Below are positions 13,601 through 28,082 of a stretch of 59,360 nucleotides of DNA, piece after piece; the stretch's first letter is position 1, and every line of letters begins with the position of its first letter. The DNA lies in NCBI GenBank assembly GCA_000934665.2, contig KZ538115.1:62001-121360 (forward strand). The letters are read 5' to 3'. This DNA is from Catajapyx aquilonaris (taxonomy: Eukaryota). The position numbers and the translations under genes were made by a program. The notes below the pieces were generated by a model. The model made no database searches. It was given only the letters and a program-made list of their open reading frames with translations, and had not been told where the DNA came from.

Positions 13601-16600
13601 ACCACAGCAGATCGGATCTCCGCACCATTTTCAGAGCATTATTTTGACGATGGAGACATTACTGGCTCTAGACTCTCTGTTTAGGCGTCTCATAACAAAG
13701 GGGGTGAGTAGGATTTTGGTCCTTCACCATCCCCAGCTAATTAATTTCCGGGGGGCATCCCCTTCAAGCCTTCTTCTCCTCCTCCTCCACCTCCCCTCAC
13801 ACAAACACCCTAGCTCTCATTAATTCTCTCTCAAAACTGAGTACACAGTTGGAAACACCTACCTTAATGCAGCTCCTCCATTTCGCAAGCAGGGTTGAAA
13901 ATCCCCCATCGTGCCTCCATATTTTTGGAAGGAGGAGGGGACACACAAGGAAATGGGCGCCAACAGGAGAGGAGATTAGCGCAAATTAAGAGCTCTACGA
14001 TCATAAAGTGCAATTACTATGCGCATCACGGGAAAAGGGGGAGGACTGTCCCCACATGTGGCCAACTTTTTTTAAAACAAATATATTTTTTTTTACACAC
14101 AAAATGGTGGTCCCTTACACGTGCGGCTCGCAAATCAGAAATGGTTGGAGTCTGCTGGGTTGCTCTCTCCATTTTACGTAAGCTATTCTGAGAAACACTC
14201 GGTGGGGTTGTCACACTTGGTGCAAAAATAAGACGAATTATTTCCGCGACGCCGGCGCTAAATGAGGCTGCCTTTAGCGGTTAGTTGGGAGGAAAAATAG
14301 TAGTTGCATTAATTCCGGGACAATACGGAGTTCTCCGGTGTGTTTATTCTGCTGTTGCCTGGGTTTTCTATGCAGTGTGGTTTGGGCTAGGAGGCCATTT
14401 TTGGGAGAGAGAAAAGAGGTGTGTTCAAAATAAACATGTTCATGCATTATGTAGTACCATCCCGTCTGTGCAAACATGGGCTTGGAAAAATAGTGTTTGA
14501 TAATTTGCCAGTTGTGCAACTCACAGTTTGTAAAATTGTTGGGAACGAAAGACAAAGTCTTACAAGTTGTTCCCCACAGGCTATATGTTTGCAGCATCTG
14601 GGTTGCTCACACACTAAATACTGTATGCGTACTACACTGGCAACTTGTACAGTACTGAATGAATAATTACTTAATGGCAGAAATAAATTGCTACAGAATT
14701 TTTTCCATAATAAGCTGCTGGAGTGGTTTATTCATGGTTTACTTTGCAAAAATGCAGAAGCGATTAATGCACCTTGATCCATAATCGTGATATTGTTAAT
14801 GCATAATTGTAATGAATATTAAGAGACAAATATATAACCAAATGCAATGTTATTCCGGTATTTTAACTTGATAAAGCAGCCATAAAATTGAATGTACACG
14901 CTAGTTCTGTAATTTGTAATGTGTCCCACAAATACATTATCAACTGTTTTAATGCATACAGACTAGTACGTAACTAATATTTATAATTAAACAGTAGGCT
15001 ATTATTTGGACGCAAATTAGCAGTGTTTTGCTTACACTATCGATTCATTACATCTCGTTATTTGCCTGATTATTATTAATAAAATGACAATAATATGCTA
15101 TACAAAATTCAATTGCTCTTTACATTTAACCTGAGTATATTTTTAATGCACATTTACTTCTAATGGAAGGTATACAGACTTTTTGATGTTTCCTTTTGCT
15201 GTAACGTTTACTGTAAGTCTAAACGCAAGCAAGGGTTGGAATTAATGCGACTTGCAAGGCTGAAGGAAGAGCATGATGTTAACAAGCAAGGAAATGTTAA
15301 GGGCATGGAAAAAAAACTTCGTCTCGACCACATGTTTCGCTCGGGTTGGTCCAAGCAAGCCACGGAGGAAAATATCTGGCAGAGGCCATTTATCTTTTCT
15401 TCCGGGCTTCTTTTGACGGATTTGCCTCCCCCCCCCTTCCCGAGCACCCTCCTCCTTTCCCTGGAGGCATTACAAGCGCTGGAAGGGCCATTCAGATTGC
15501 CCAGCCTCTGGACCCATGATGTGGAAACCGCGCCTGCAGGCCAAACCAGCCCAAGCCCCAGCTTTTCGACCCGATTACCGGAGGGACAAATGCGGCACCT
15601 GCTCGATTCTGGCCCCGCAGGTTATGCCCCGATTGGCCGGCCCCACAAATAATTCTGTCATCAGGTCTGCATCGGGCCATGGCTACATGTGACAGGACCC
15701 CGGAGGAGAGAGAGAGAAAAAAATGTCAACTCTTTCAAACTAGAGGACGAAAAATGTTAGCCAAAAAAAATGTACGCTCTTTCAATATTGTAGGTTACTA
15801 TACAGTTGACTCCGGAACTGAGCAAGTGTAATATTTTGTCTGTACTGCCAATATATTTGCAGGGTGGTATACATATCGGTAAAAATTGTTCAAAAATGGT
15901 GTAACTCTTGCTATTGTATCCGAGGGGGGAAAAAAACATGTCGCGTCTTTCTGCCAAACATGACCATATAAGCGGAGAAAATTCCATTTATCTGGGAACA
16001 AGGGGCCACGCCATATTTTTTTTTGGTAGCACCCGGCGGCAGAGCAGAAATAAACTGGCAGGTGCTCGTTATTAGTTGATAACATGATTCACAGCTGAGT
16101 TCGCCCGAAGAAGCAAATTTTTGTTTCACGCGTATGAGCAGAGCGCTAGACTGCGGGATAATACTAGGGGGGAAAAATAAAATCGGCGGGACATACACAC
16201 ATAAAAAAAAAGATAGTCCCAGTTCCAATCTGTTTGACTTTGCTGTCGATACAACCGGCAGATTTTCAATTATGGGGTAATCAAGGAAAAATTAAATTGC
16301 GTGAACATTCATGAGCCAATTATTGACTAATTACACACGAATGCTGCCTTAATTGTTGCTTTCCTCCATTCAGGCCGCCCGGGAGTTTTCCCTCCGCCGA
16401 AAATTTTTGCGTCCCCATTTTTATTTTTAGGGGGTTTAAAAAACACACATGTGGGAGGGGGGGGGGGGAGTGGGATTCGAGTAACCGAAGCGAAGTGCTC
16501 CATTTGCAATATTTACGAGGGAATGTTGCAGGGGTCGGTCAGCTAATAACAAACGTGGTTCAAATTTAACCAGGACAGTCCAGTGATTTTTCCCACTGCG

Positions 16601-17034
16601 GAATTATGATCCTCTGTTGTTATAGCTCTTTTAACTATACCTGGAAATAATTTTAATGCAAATTACACCAAAAAATATGTGTAGCTACAATAATATTACA
16701 AAAATTGGCGTTTGGATATGTAAATTATGAAAGTAGCATGTAGTGGGCAGTGTGAATATGACATAACATAAAAGCAACAATCAGTTCATTGTAGGAAAAT
16801 CCTGTAATTATTGGTGTACTCTCCTTGGCTTCCTTGTCCAGTCCTACCCGAGCGATGATGAATAATTCACTACACACATTACATTATAATTACCCCGTCA
16901 GTTGCTTCGAATTGAAATGCAGTAGTTTTGTGCTGAGCAGTCTAGTTTAAAATGGTCGCGAAAGCAATATCGAGACCAAACTCGTCTCTGGTAGAAGTCA
17001 ATGAGCTATTGGAAAGTGTTGGGATTCCCCCCCC

Positions 17035-17160
17035 NNNNNNNNNNNNNNNNNNNNNNNNNNNNNNNNNNNNNNNNNNNNNNNNNNNNNNNNNNNNNNNNNN
17101 NNNNNNNNNNNNNNNNNNNNNNNNNNNNNNNNNNNNNNNNNNNNNNNNNNNNNNNNNNNN
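17035..17160. other. Assembly gap (126 N) within a poly-C tract
   Basis: The N run is flanked by C8 on the left and C13 (17161-17173) on the right. A single N at 53983 also follows a C run. Confidence 0.98.
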
Positions 17161-17607
17161 CCCCCCCCCCCCCTGCAGCACACCACCTGCTCGAAAGTTT
17201 CATGAAAACCTGGTGGACTTTGCAATTTACGGCTCTCGAAATGAGAACTGGAGGTATCATTAGCATTTCAGAGAAAACCCTCAGCACAGGGGGGGAGGCT
17301 TCTGTGTACACTCGACTTGTCCTGTACCTGACTTTGCGACGCCTTTCTAAGGAAATTGCCAATTTCGACCCTATACCCATTTTCCTCCTCAAAAGCCTGT
17401 GCTGATGACTCTACAAAATTAACGGCGTTGTGCATATTTTTGCAATCATTATGCATATATAGTGACGGGGAGAGGTTGGATTTAACCGCGAGGTTATTCA
17501 CACGACTTTGCAAGAACCCTCACTTACTTTAGTCCATGGTTACCATCCGGCTATTAATGAATTAATTAATGAATTTCAAAAAAAGCGGATCTGTCCTAAC
17601 TGCAGTA

Positions 17608-17875
17608 CCAACACCCAAACTTCTCAAAAAAATAGGCATGCCCTTTATTGCTACTTCTGTGGTTCACGCGGTAGGGTTTCAAAAGAGCATTTCTTTTGTA
17701 CGGCACTGTGCCCACCGATCTGATTGGTGGAGGCACCCCACCCTCTGCTCCACCAATTATAGATCGGTGGGCACAGTGCCGTGCAAAAGAAATGCTCTTT
17801 TGAAACCCTATGGCTTAACCCCATGTCGCAATAAAGGATATTCCATTCTTTTTTCTTGATAAGTTATGCTGTGGG
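17608..17875. mobile_element. Fold-back non-autonomous DNA transposon (MITE), possibly CACTA/EnSpm-like
   Basis: Inner arms 17672-17721 and 17761-17810 are 49/50 complementary, with an extra inner stem (ATTGGTGGAG/CTCCACCAAT). Diverged outer arms extend to CCAACAC.../...CTGTGGG. TA flanks both sides (17606-7, 17876-7). The superfamily call is inference. Confidence 0.85.
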
Positions 17876-19446
17876 TAGCTTGGTCCAAACTTGCAGACGC
17901 CTCCGCCAGTGGCGCTGACAACTGCAGCGTTTGAAATAAAGTCATTTTGTGTGTGTATGCCCGCGGTCTCTAGGCAGATGAGCCTGCTTTTCCCGAAGCC
18001 AAAGCTATTTCCGCGTCACTCATTGTCATTGCGGGGGCCATTCCGAGCAAATATTTTCCGCGAAGGGGGGTGGAGAAGCGCAAACTTCTCCCCCCTCCCC
18101 CTCTTCCCCGTTTTCCTAACTGCTCCGGGAGAGAAGTTTAGCAGTGTTGAACGTATCCCCCACAGTTCATAAGAGATGATTCCGGCAGAGAGCGATGGCT
18201 TATAAAACAACCCCGGATTCTGTCTGATGATGGCCTGGCAATGGGAGGCGTTGCCAGTTCATCGAGCATGAGAAGGGAATAAACTCTTCCCCCCCTCCTT
18301 CTCTCTAAGATAGCTTCATCTGCATTTTGATGAAGATTTGCAGCCCCGGATCCAAAGGGATAAACCCGGGTGTCACAGTCGCAAACGCCAAATAAAGCGA
18401 CAAGGCGACGTTTGCAGTTTACAACCGGTCCGACCTCCCTCATGATAATTGCTTTCATCGACTTTCAGACAAAAACTTAGTAGTTGCATGCTTAGACACT
18501 AGACAGTTTCTGTTGTGATCCAGGCACGTGGTGGGTCGAACCCTTGGATAGAAACCGTTAGCCTCTGGTGGTCTCGGGGACAAGAAATGAAGGGGGGAAA
18601 AGACTATCTCTTTCCTCCATCGATGCTCCGAGAAGATAAAGTGGATGGAATCAACTGCAAATCTCTCGCTTCCGGCGGCCATGTCGTAATCGGCTATCAC
18701 CCTTCCTGGTCATTCTATCACGCCCACGAAATAACTTGGGTCACGCTCAGCTGAGATCTATCCCTTTCCATCCAGCCCCCATTCCTTGCGGGATGGGCTC
18801 CAGGTTTTTGGGGGAAAGGGGCATTTTTTTCGTCACGGAGACTGAACAGGGATGTTGGAAGGTACCAAAATGCCATTTTTTCCCGGCGGTAAATGCACTG
18901 CGGGACGTGTACTGTATGGTATTGAAAAAAAACACATAATTAACTCTTAACTTTTTCAGTAATTCTGCTAGACACGGCTGATTAATCTAGAATAAGTTAT
19001 TAAATTAAAATCACCTCGACACGGGAGCTACTGCATGTGCATGTGTTTTTAGGCTAGTTCCGCTATACCTGGCGGGCAATTAAATTATTGGGAATTGTAG
19101 AAAGGAGCCAATTCCATTGAACGGGGGAGCCTAGTTCAAAGCCGCAGCAATTAGTCTCCTGAGGGCGAAAAGGGGGGGTGGTCGGAGGCTGGGAGTTAAA
19201 GAAGCCTCACAGTTTCCTCAAGGGAATATTTGGGGGGAGCCCTCCAGACTATATTTGGCCCATTAGCATATTTTTTCACTTGTCCACTGTTGCTGGTTTT
19301 TTGCTCCATTATAGGACGCAACTATTCTAATTGTTATATAATTTGTGGCACAGTAAAGCAATGGACCCTATAATTGATTTTTTTTTACATTTTGGAAATA
19401 ACACTGATACAAATCTAAAGTTTGTTCCTAGCTATTAGTGAGCGTA

Positions 19447-19732
19447 ACCACTAGAATGCACGATTGGCACTTCCCACTTTTCATATTTCCACAATGGATC
19501 CCAGGTTGCCAGATGGCATAGTTTTTGAAAGAATGTTGTTTCTTTATAAAACAATTATATACAGAAGTACATCATATCTCAATATCAATTTACATATGAA
19601 AATCACAGCCACCTTTGCCAGTTGAATGTTTTTAATGAGATATGTTCGCTTCACTTGGTACCCTCACTTTCTCCTTGAAGCATGCGTGGAAATGTGAGAA
19701 GTGGGAGGTGCTAGACGTGCATTTTCGGAGGG
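19447..19732. mobile_element. Degenerate MITE with ~43-bp terminal inverted repeats
   Basis: AATGCACGATTGGCACTTCCCACTTTTCATATTTCCACAATG (19455-19496) matches the reverse complement of 19681-19723, AATGCACGTCTAGCACCTCCCACTTCTCACATTTCCACGCATG. The interior is non-coding and the exact tips are uncertain. Confidence 0.75.
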
Positions 19733-20955
19733 CAGCTGCCTATACATTTTGATGAACTTTAGCCAATTGTAAATTTTTCCATGAATTTGTACTCTAAGCC
19801 ATGAATTGTGCTGTTCTACTATCTTGTCCCATATCCTCATGACTCTCTGGACGTGTCGAAACCGTCATGTGCAGTGACCCGCCTTGTATTATTATCATTT
19901 TATGTGTCAGTTAAAAAACATCCGCAGAAGACGTTAAAAGCGTCACATAGCGATGGCGTCCTTAACTAGCAAGCACAGCCGCAGGGAAAATGGACAAAAG
20001 AGGTGACCTGGCTCGAAAAGTCATCCAGCCGCGAGAGATGCGAGAGGAAAAACCTTTGTGTTTTCAACCAAATGGGCACGGAGTGTATCAGTAGTGACCT
20101 TTTTAGAGCCAGGGGTAGGGCACACAGCTTTTTCGCTCCTCCCCCCCCCCTCCCTCATGCCTGCCTGCTGCTGCTTTTGGCTGGCTGGCAAAAGGCATGC
20201 AAAGATCCCATCGGTGTGTGTTGGGAGGGTCGGGATAATAGCCGCAGCGGCGATGAGGCAACACAATGGCCCCCACCGAACTCGGGGAAATGAGGAGTAA
20301 AGCCCATTTGGTCAAAAAAAAAGTATGGAAAAGCGGATTGAAAGTGTTCCGTTTGCTGGCTGAGTAATTACAGGAACAGATGGAGGGTTTAAAAAAAGAG
20401 TAACGTGAAGTTTGATACCATCCGTCTGTATCAAGCATTCCAGACATATCTCGCTCTTTTTTTCTAATTTTTTTTTCACTACCAACAATGCTATAAATGG
20501 AGGTCAGGCCGGAGTCTTATCTGACAGCAGGCTCAGCACATCTTCCCTCTCTTTCTTCCGGGGGGTGATAAAGGGCTTTACATTTCCATACGTCTCATGC
20601 CTTGAGAGCCTAATAAAGAAACTGCAGCACAACTCGGGATGAATGCTAATGGTCCCTCACACTCACAAAGGAAGCTAAAAGTCAAAATTACGCTAAGATA
20701 AGCCATGTGTTCATAAATTAACAATTGCCCGAGGCATTGTGTTGATCCATACTACTATAAGGCTTGGGAAGTTGCACGAGAGTGAGCTGCTTCAAAACAG
20801 CACAAAAATTGTTATTGATCAAGAAGTGCGTAAGCAGCAGAAATTTCAACACAAATATCTTGCGTCCAATTATTCGGACATGACTTGTAGATTGGGTAAA
20901 TGTAGAGTACGTATTTACGTCTTTAACGACACAGTTTAATATACAGAGAGACTTT

Positions 20956-21083
20956 GAATTGAATTTTCATCCCACTGCTAGTTACTGCTACCCACTGCTA
21001 ACTTAGAAGTACACCACTGCCAACACTTGTACTGCTGCTAACAGTGGGTAGCAGATACTAGCAGTGGGACGGAAATTAAACCC
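20956..21083. mobile_element. MITE family A, copy 1 (PIF/Harbinger-Tourist-like)
   Basis: TIRs of ~42 bp (GAATTGAATTTTCATCCCACTGCTAGTTACTGCTACCCACTG vs revcomp GGGTTTAATTTCCGTCCCACTGCTAGTATCTGCTACCCACTG), internal ACTGCTA repeats and TTT on both flanks (candidate 3-bp TSD). Homologous to 46738-46831. Confidence 0.8.
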
Positions 21084-24000
21084 TTTATTATTTTGTCTCC
21101 TTCCCAATTAATTTTGTTAATATTTGATTTAAATCAGACGCAACGTCGATAATGAGAGTGTGTGGGACATGATCATCAATTTTTTTTGCTATTTTAATAT
21201 GCCTTCACATTTTTACTGCTGCCGTGAGGCAAGGTGTGTTACTGTGTTGGCGCAGTGACAGAAATCATTTCCAGAGCCACAAATGAGCCTGTAAAAAAAT
21301 ATTGTTCACAAAGTGATCAGCACGAAACTGCCGATATTTAGGTCGCGATCGATCTGTCGATAACAAGTTTATAGCTATTTTATAGCCATAGACAATAATT
21401 ACTGGCAGTCAAGTTTACAAAATATGGCTCTATTATTTTGATGCTACGGTTCCTGCCCCCATGGCGGTTTATGCAAAACTTACAGGTCTGATAGTTTTTG
21501 ATATTAATACTTCCTGATGCTGCATGTAGGCCGTAAGTTCTGCTGACCCAAACTTTCATGAAAATCTGGCAAAAGTTTTATCCTGTGAGGTGGATGTACC
21601 GTAATACAAGAGAGGCTGTTGGGTTGCTCTGAATAGTCAGGATAAATTCTATCCTTCACTGATTGCCTTTAGGAGAAAATTATTTTTTATTCGTTTGTGT
21701 TTAGGTATATTCTAGTGGACCTGTTCTCTCGTGACAGTGTTACATGCCAGACCCGCATAAAAGGTCCCCACTGTGAAAACCTTGGTGGTCTCGACTATGA
21801 AACAGTACACAAGCAGCAAGGTGGACACCTTTCGCTTTCCATGAAATTAACCCGGCATTTTGGACGAAAGCTAGGAGCATACAAGAGGAGTCGGGTCCCG
21901 CTTTTTGTTCAGAGACACCCTCCCCCAAAAAGTCTTGCGAGAAGGAGAGAAAGGACTTGCATAATGTAGAGAGAAAAGCGTGTGCAAGGCAGCTCCACGT
22001 CCCCCAAAAAAGTTGCGTTGTAGTCACAAAAGCACGGTTCGTTTCCCCGAGTTGCAATACATACAACAGCTCCATTTAACACTGCTGAATCCTGAATAGT
22101 GCATGAGATAAGCGCGGACAAGCACGGATTCTCCCCCCCCTTCCTCTTCTCCCACCCCTCTTTGATTCTTTTTTTATTCCTAGGAAACTAGTCCTGTAGG
22201 TGTATCTGGGATCGCAACCCAGTCCCGTTGCATCTTGGGGGGGCTATACCGAGCAGTAAATTTTGCAGCCTTTGAGCCCGCAAGCTCCGGTGGGAAGACA
22301 CGGATTTTGCCCCTGGATTTTGCAATTAGTGTAAGAGGTGGTGGGGCCTGCAATTTTTTCTCCCTCTTTTTTTTCTTTTCTCTTATTCTATAGCGCTTTA
22401 GAATAGTTTCTGGTTGAATAGTAGGCTATTCTTAAAAAAAAGCCAGAGCGGAGGGAGAAATGCTCAGAAAAAGTGCTGCGGGTGAGAAACGCAAATGGAA
22501 GGATTTTACGGAGCGAAAAGACACATAGAGAAAGTATAGACGGATCGTTACGTCATAATCTTACTTCAATGTACGTGTCGAAGTTAGCAGCAATCACTAA
22601 TAAAAATAAGATGTCCTCTGGCTCATTGTACGCCTCGAAAAAGTTTTTTCGTATTTTACATGTCACAATACATCGATCCGGGGTTATGTAAGAGCTTCAA
22701 TTTCTACGATATGGAAATTGCACAGTGCACACATTCTCACCACGTCCTTTCTCCCCTGGATGGCTGAATCTTCTCGATTCCGTTTCCAACTTACACTTAT
22801 ATTGATTTTACCTGGCATGCTCTGGGTATACCTCTAGAGCTAGGATTGTGCGAATGCTCCAGGAGAAAGAAGATAGAAGAAGAAGAAAAAAAAATGCATC
22901 AGAGAGGTAAACAGTTCTGAAGACGGGCTCTAGGGAAATGATAGGACCAAGCAAGGGGGGTGTCTGGTCAAGAGGTTTTTGAAGCCTCCTTCCTCACTGA
23001 TTGGCGCAGAAAATATCCAGTAATTAAATTTATTTGCCCAGAAGCCTGGGTGGGGAAATTGAATTTCCGTGACGTATCATTGGAAGAGAGGGGAAAGGGA
23101 CAAACGCGCCTTTTTAGCGAAAACGCAGGTCTCAATTTTCGGGGGAACAGTTTATTTTCCGTGTTGAAAGCGTCACCATAAATTTACTCTGAATCGGCCA
23201 CGGACTTGGCACGACGACTTATCTTCTTATACGAACGGGTGTTTATTGCGCGCATTTTGAGCCGCCCGCACACGTTATCGTATTATACGCATCCTGCGGT
23301 TAATGATTATGTGCAAAAATGTGACGTAGTGTAATCTTTATGGAAAGCGGTTGAGGAAGGTCATAAATCAGGGGCTGGTTCTATCAGCGAGAACGTCCGC
23401 AACTGAATTGATCAAAACTACTACTCCTGGTCCTTTTTAACGACACCTTGTGTTTAGTGCGTAATGCGACGATGGGGGCTCTAACTTTCATACAGTCAGT
23501 TCAGAGTAGCGTAAATCGACCTTTTATGCTGTACTGTCAGGTCCGTATAGTTCCGGAATCTTATGGGCTCATTTTTGGGATATACTTCATATGGCCATCT
23601 CACTCCTAAATAATCCTTCTCTAACAGTAAGATACAACCATATAAAATGTAAGCTGAAACCAAATTTCTTCAGCCTGAATTATTTGGTGTTAAATTTTTT
23701 TTTCATTATTGCATAACCGTCCAATTGCCCTACATATAGGACGCTAGTCATATCAGGGTTAATTATTAAATTTATAATCCCAATTCGCTTTTAATATTAA
23801 GAGGCTATACTTGCAGTTCCAAATATATTTTACAGTGTCAAAGGCCTCTATGCAAAACTCAGGCTGACCTTTTTATACGTGCGAGTCTTATTCGATAAGG
23901 CTTCGGCGTTGGCCCAAAAGGGTTTGGCAGTAGCATCAGCATCAAGACCTTGTGTGTGTAGAGACGCTGCCTTCAATTCCATGCCTGTCTGTAGAAAAGA

Positions 24001-27000
24001 TTCTGCTTGATACACTCTCCCCAATAGAATTCGCGGGAGCACTGAAGCTTTGTCGGATCAGGTGAAAAGTTTGCGGAAAGAGTAAGAAATCAGCTTGTTG
24101 CAAGGAGGGGGGGAAGGAAGGAAGGAAGAGGAAAAAGAGGGTGAGTCTGATGACAAATGCTGGTCAGCTCGAAGGCGCCTTCATTGCCAATGGAAGGGCT
24201 CGCCTCCCCCCAAAAAAGAAAGTTGGCTCCCGGAAGGACAAGATGGGATTTGGGACAGTTTCAAAGGACCCGGGCCTTTTATCTGCCTTCCAAGATGCTC
24301 TTCGTGTGCATTCCGAGGGTATAGGAGAAAGTAGTAGGAGGCTTGTCCTTCCGGAGCTCCGATTGCCACCTTGTTGTACTAGGTGTCAAACACTCTATTG
24401 GATTTTCCTTCGAGAATTTTAAAACAAACAGGACCTCCCCCTTCCCCTCCCAAACAAAAAAAAAAAACAAGTGGTAAATATTGACCCTTCCAGACATGGC
24501 TTTTCGTAATGTTTGAACCAAACTTGTACCTTATGTCTTATGGGGGATTATATTGAAACAATGGCTAGCCTCCGAGCAACCAGGTGAGCTCTCCCTTGAC
24601 CGGACGGGGGGGAAGCCACGGGTTAATTCATAATTAAACTGGCTCCGCAGAATCGATTTCCAGTCGGATAAAACGGGAGACTAGAACTGTCCACCTTTCT
24701 AGCACCGCTGGGTCGGCTGCGGTTTCAAGGTCGGTACCGGTGGTTTCATCGTAAATTATGTCACTCCGACGGAGACACTGCCGCCAGCGACAGTTACCTA
24801 TTTACTGTGGTTTAACGGTGAATAGTCTCAGGGCAGCGTGGGTTTCGCGTCTATAGCGCAGGACCTTGTGAGATACTCGTATATTATAACATGACGATTT
24901 TTAAAAATGAGGGCAAGTTGTTTCCATCACTACGTTTGAGGGGGTAACAATATGGCTGACGTTTGCGACGTTGCCAAAACTCTGAAACGAATCGCAGCGG
25001 GGTGTGAGGAGTAACTCTGGCGTAAGAAAAATGGAGCTGCGCGAGTGTGGATGCGCAAGTAGAAAATTCATATAATATATACCGGTATATTGCAAAAACA
25101 ACAGTTACGAACCGAAGTGCGCTAGAGTTGGGAATGAGGTTAATTACTGTCTGTACAGCGACATAATTAATATTGTTCATTAATAAACCAAGTTATGCAA
25201 GTGGCCCACAGCTTCAACGTACCAAAAGTACACATCAAAAGGCACTGTATCAAATAGGAATTAACAGATACTGTGCGCAATATTTACAGGCGTCTGCTCT
25301 ACTTAGACATTGTCTGAAATGTACAGTGTGCCCTTCAGCATCCTGTCCTGTCCTAGGCTGGATACATTTACATCGAGGTCCTAGGGCAGTGTTAATGTCA
25401 TGACCTTTTGTGGCCTTTTGTACGTCGACATGAAGCGCAATGTTAGCCTCGGACGGACATAAAGCAGAAGGACGGAAGGTGTAGGGGGGGCCGGATTACA
25501 GGTGGAGAAGTTGGGTCAGGATTACAGGTGAAGCTCCAACGACCTAAATCTGCACAGGCCACTTGCTCACATTTTTGCAAAGTCAGGAGATGACGCCTCT
25601 TTTTTTTCGCATTCTTCGCCTTTTTTTTTTTGAACGGCAAAGAAATCCTAATACCTTTTCGCGCCGGAGGACAAAAATGGGGAAATGGAGCGATGTATTA
25701 AATTTTGTTCGCGGATCAGTCACAGAGAAGTCTCTGATGCTTTAAACAATATCGTAGGAAAAGTTACGCAATGTGTGCTACATATAGCTATACATGCAAA
25801 TAATGCGGCGGGGATTCAGCGTGAAGGAAAATCCATCTTTATATTATGACCAACCCTCCACAACAATGGAAGCAGAAGTGAAATATAATGTTTGAGACTG
25901 GATTGCATTAAAGCAAGTCTGTTGTGTGTGCATATAATATACTTTTTTTGGGGAGGGAAACACGATGGTGCGCTCAGGATTCGCATTATGCAGATTATGC
26001 AGGCAGATAGTGCAACTGAGCCAGGGAAAAAAAATCACCTGTTCAGTGTATATCACTGGCAAGAGCACGAGCGGTGCACTCTTGCACATCTGTACACATT
26101 TCAGCGGATAGTTGCATTTCCGAGCAATAATTCACACGTGCAATATTAGTGGGCGTCAGTTAGGACCGGAGTGGGTACTGGGTGAAACAAAAAAGTGTAG
26201 GTCTGGCGGTTAAAATTTTCTGTCACACTTTTGGCGAAAGGCGGTTCAATTTTACAGGTACCGTACATTTGGATTGTTAAAAAGGGGAAAAAAAGGTGCT
26301 GATTTTCAGAACCGGATCACTCACCTTCTAGTGATCCGAATTTATGCATGTTCCAGCCTCCATTTTTTTTCCGTTCCCTTCCTCACTCTTTTGCCCGTCG
26401 CGTCTTTCTATTCCGTAAGAGCTCATCCAGCACTTGCCTTCTGTAGGAGAAAAGGTGAGAAAAGAAGCGGCGACCCCTTTTTTGCCAGCACCTGAGCCAA
26501 ATTGGAGGAGCCGGGTGCTTGTGAGCTCAAAGGCACAGCAAGCACAGGCGGCATCGATCAGGCCCAAAGCCTATCTCCATGCCTCTTAAACATTTAAAAT
26601 TTGCTTCCTCTTGCCTTCAACCCCCTGCCCCCCTTTTTTTTACCCCGCTCATTTTTAAAGCGAATGTTATAATATTGAGACTTGTTCAAAAAAAAACTCG
26701 TGGATGCTTTTTGCTCAATTTTCCACGGATGAAGCTTGCAACAGTGGCAAAAAGTTATATAGGGCATTAGTGTCTGCATACTTTTCCGAGTGCTCTCCAT
26801 CTTTGGCGCTTTTATGCTCCGTCGACATGTTTACAGTACGTTTGCAACATTACAGCTCGAGTCCTTCATTAATGCCTCTCTGAATGTGCCATGTATTATT
26901 CAGCTCGCCTGGATACGTTATAGTGAAACATTTCGCCCAGTTTATACCCCCTTTGTCGACCCGGATCACAAGGTGCGGCCTTTGTCATGCCGGATTTTAA

Positions 27001-28082
27001 AGTCGGAGTCCGGATGATGATGCGTAGGAACAATACAGGGGGGCTTGTTGCATTCTACAGGGTGTTTTTGTAAAATAGAATGATGCAGACGAATAGGATT
27101 ACATAATACTGGAAACACAAAACACAAGGGGATTATCTAGGCGCCGTACCTTTTGTTTAATGAGATAATTGAGGTAATGTGTATAGACAGATTATTTTTA
27201 CTATAGAGAAGGGGTGAAAAATTAGGCATTACTGTAACATTATCCCGATGCGATTTGCACAGCAGTACAGTGGCTGCCAACAATTGCCTCTCAAAAGTTA
27301 CCTGACACCCAAAGAGGCGGCTGTAACAGCAAAAGAGCCCCCTGCAATCCTGTTGCCAACACTGTACCGTTCGATTTAACCGCGACAAAAACCTCTAGGG
27401 ACGAAAAAAAATGTTTATCCTCCCACAAAAACTCGGCGACAAAAAAAAAATCAGCAAAACCACAAGTAGTCCCAATACGTCCGGAGAGGAATTTTTTTCG
27501 TACCTTTTTTTTTTCGAGGGTTAGAAATCTGGTAATTTCCATGGCGGGTTACCTCGTGTGTATATGTGTGTGTGTATCTGTTCCCATTCCCTGCGGCTCT
27601 TTCCCCACGACTTGCCTGCACTACCCTCTCTTCTGCTTAGCATGCGGCGAGCGAGAAACGTCCCCCAGTACCCTCATCTCTTAATTGCTGCCCATTCGGT
27701 TTTCTCCCCGGGCAAACTCCGGTTTTGTGCCTGAGTCATCCCGGAATTTTAACCCCTCCCCGGACTATACAGACCCCACCCCCCTTCCAAGCTTTGCATC
27801 CGGGAGAGAACCGGGATTTGAGTCCGGTCTCACGTCTCTCTTAGGAGTTTCCTCAAGGTATCATGACGCTCCCAGAATTGCCTGTCAGGTTCCTCCTCAA
27901 TTGCGAGATTCTGGGTTTATCCGGTGCTTTATATGCGCCAACTCGATTTCACACTCTATCTGGGGGGTGTCTGCCAGGTGTCACCCTCTAAAGCCAAACA
28001 CTTCGCGACTGTAATCCTATTATGGGTATACATAGCATCAACCAGCGTGACTTATCGCACTTACTGGGCCCAACTCGCAGGC

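Noticed and set aside
16942..17405. ORFs spanning X residues
   Set aside because: They are open only because of the 126-N assembly gap.
19601..19620. ATCACAGCCACCTTTG resembling the miR-2/13 family 5' end
   Set aside because: The 3' half diverges, there is no local pre-miRNA hairpin, and it lies inside a MITE. Partial matches to miR-8 (23532) and miR-153 (22021) likewise lack the seed or hairpin.
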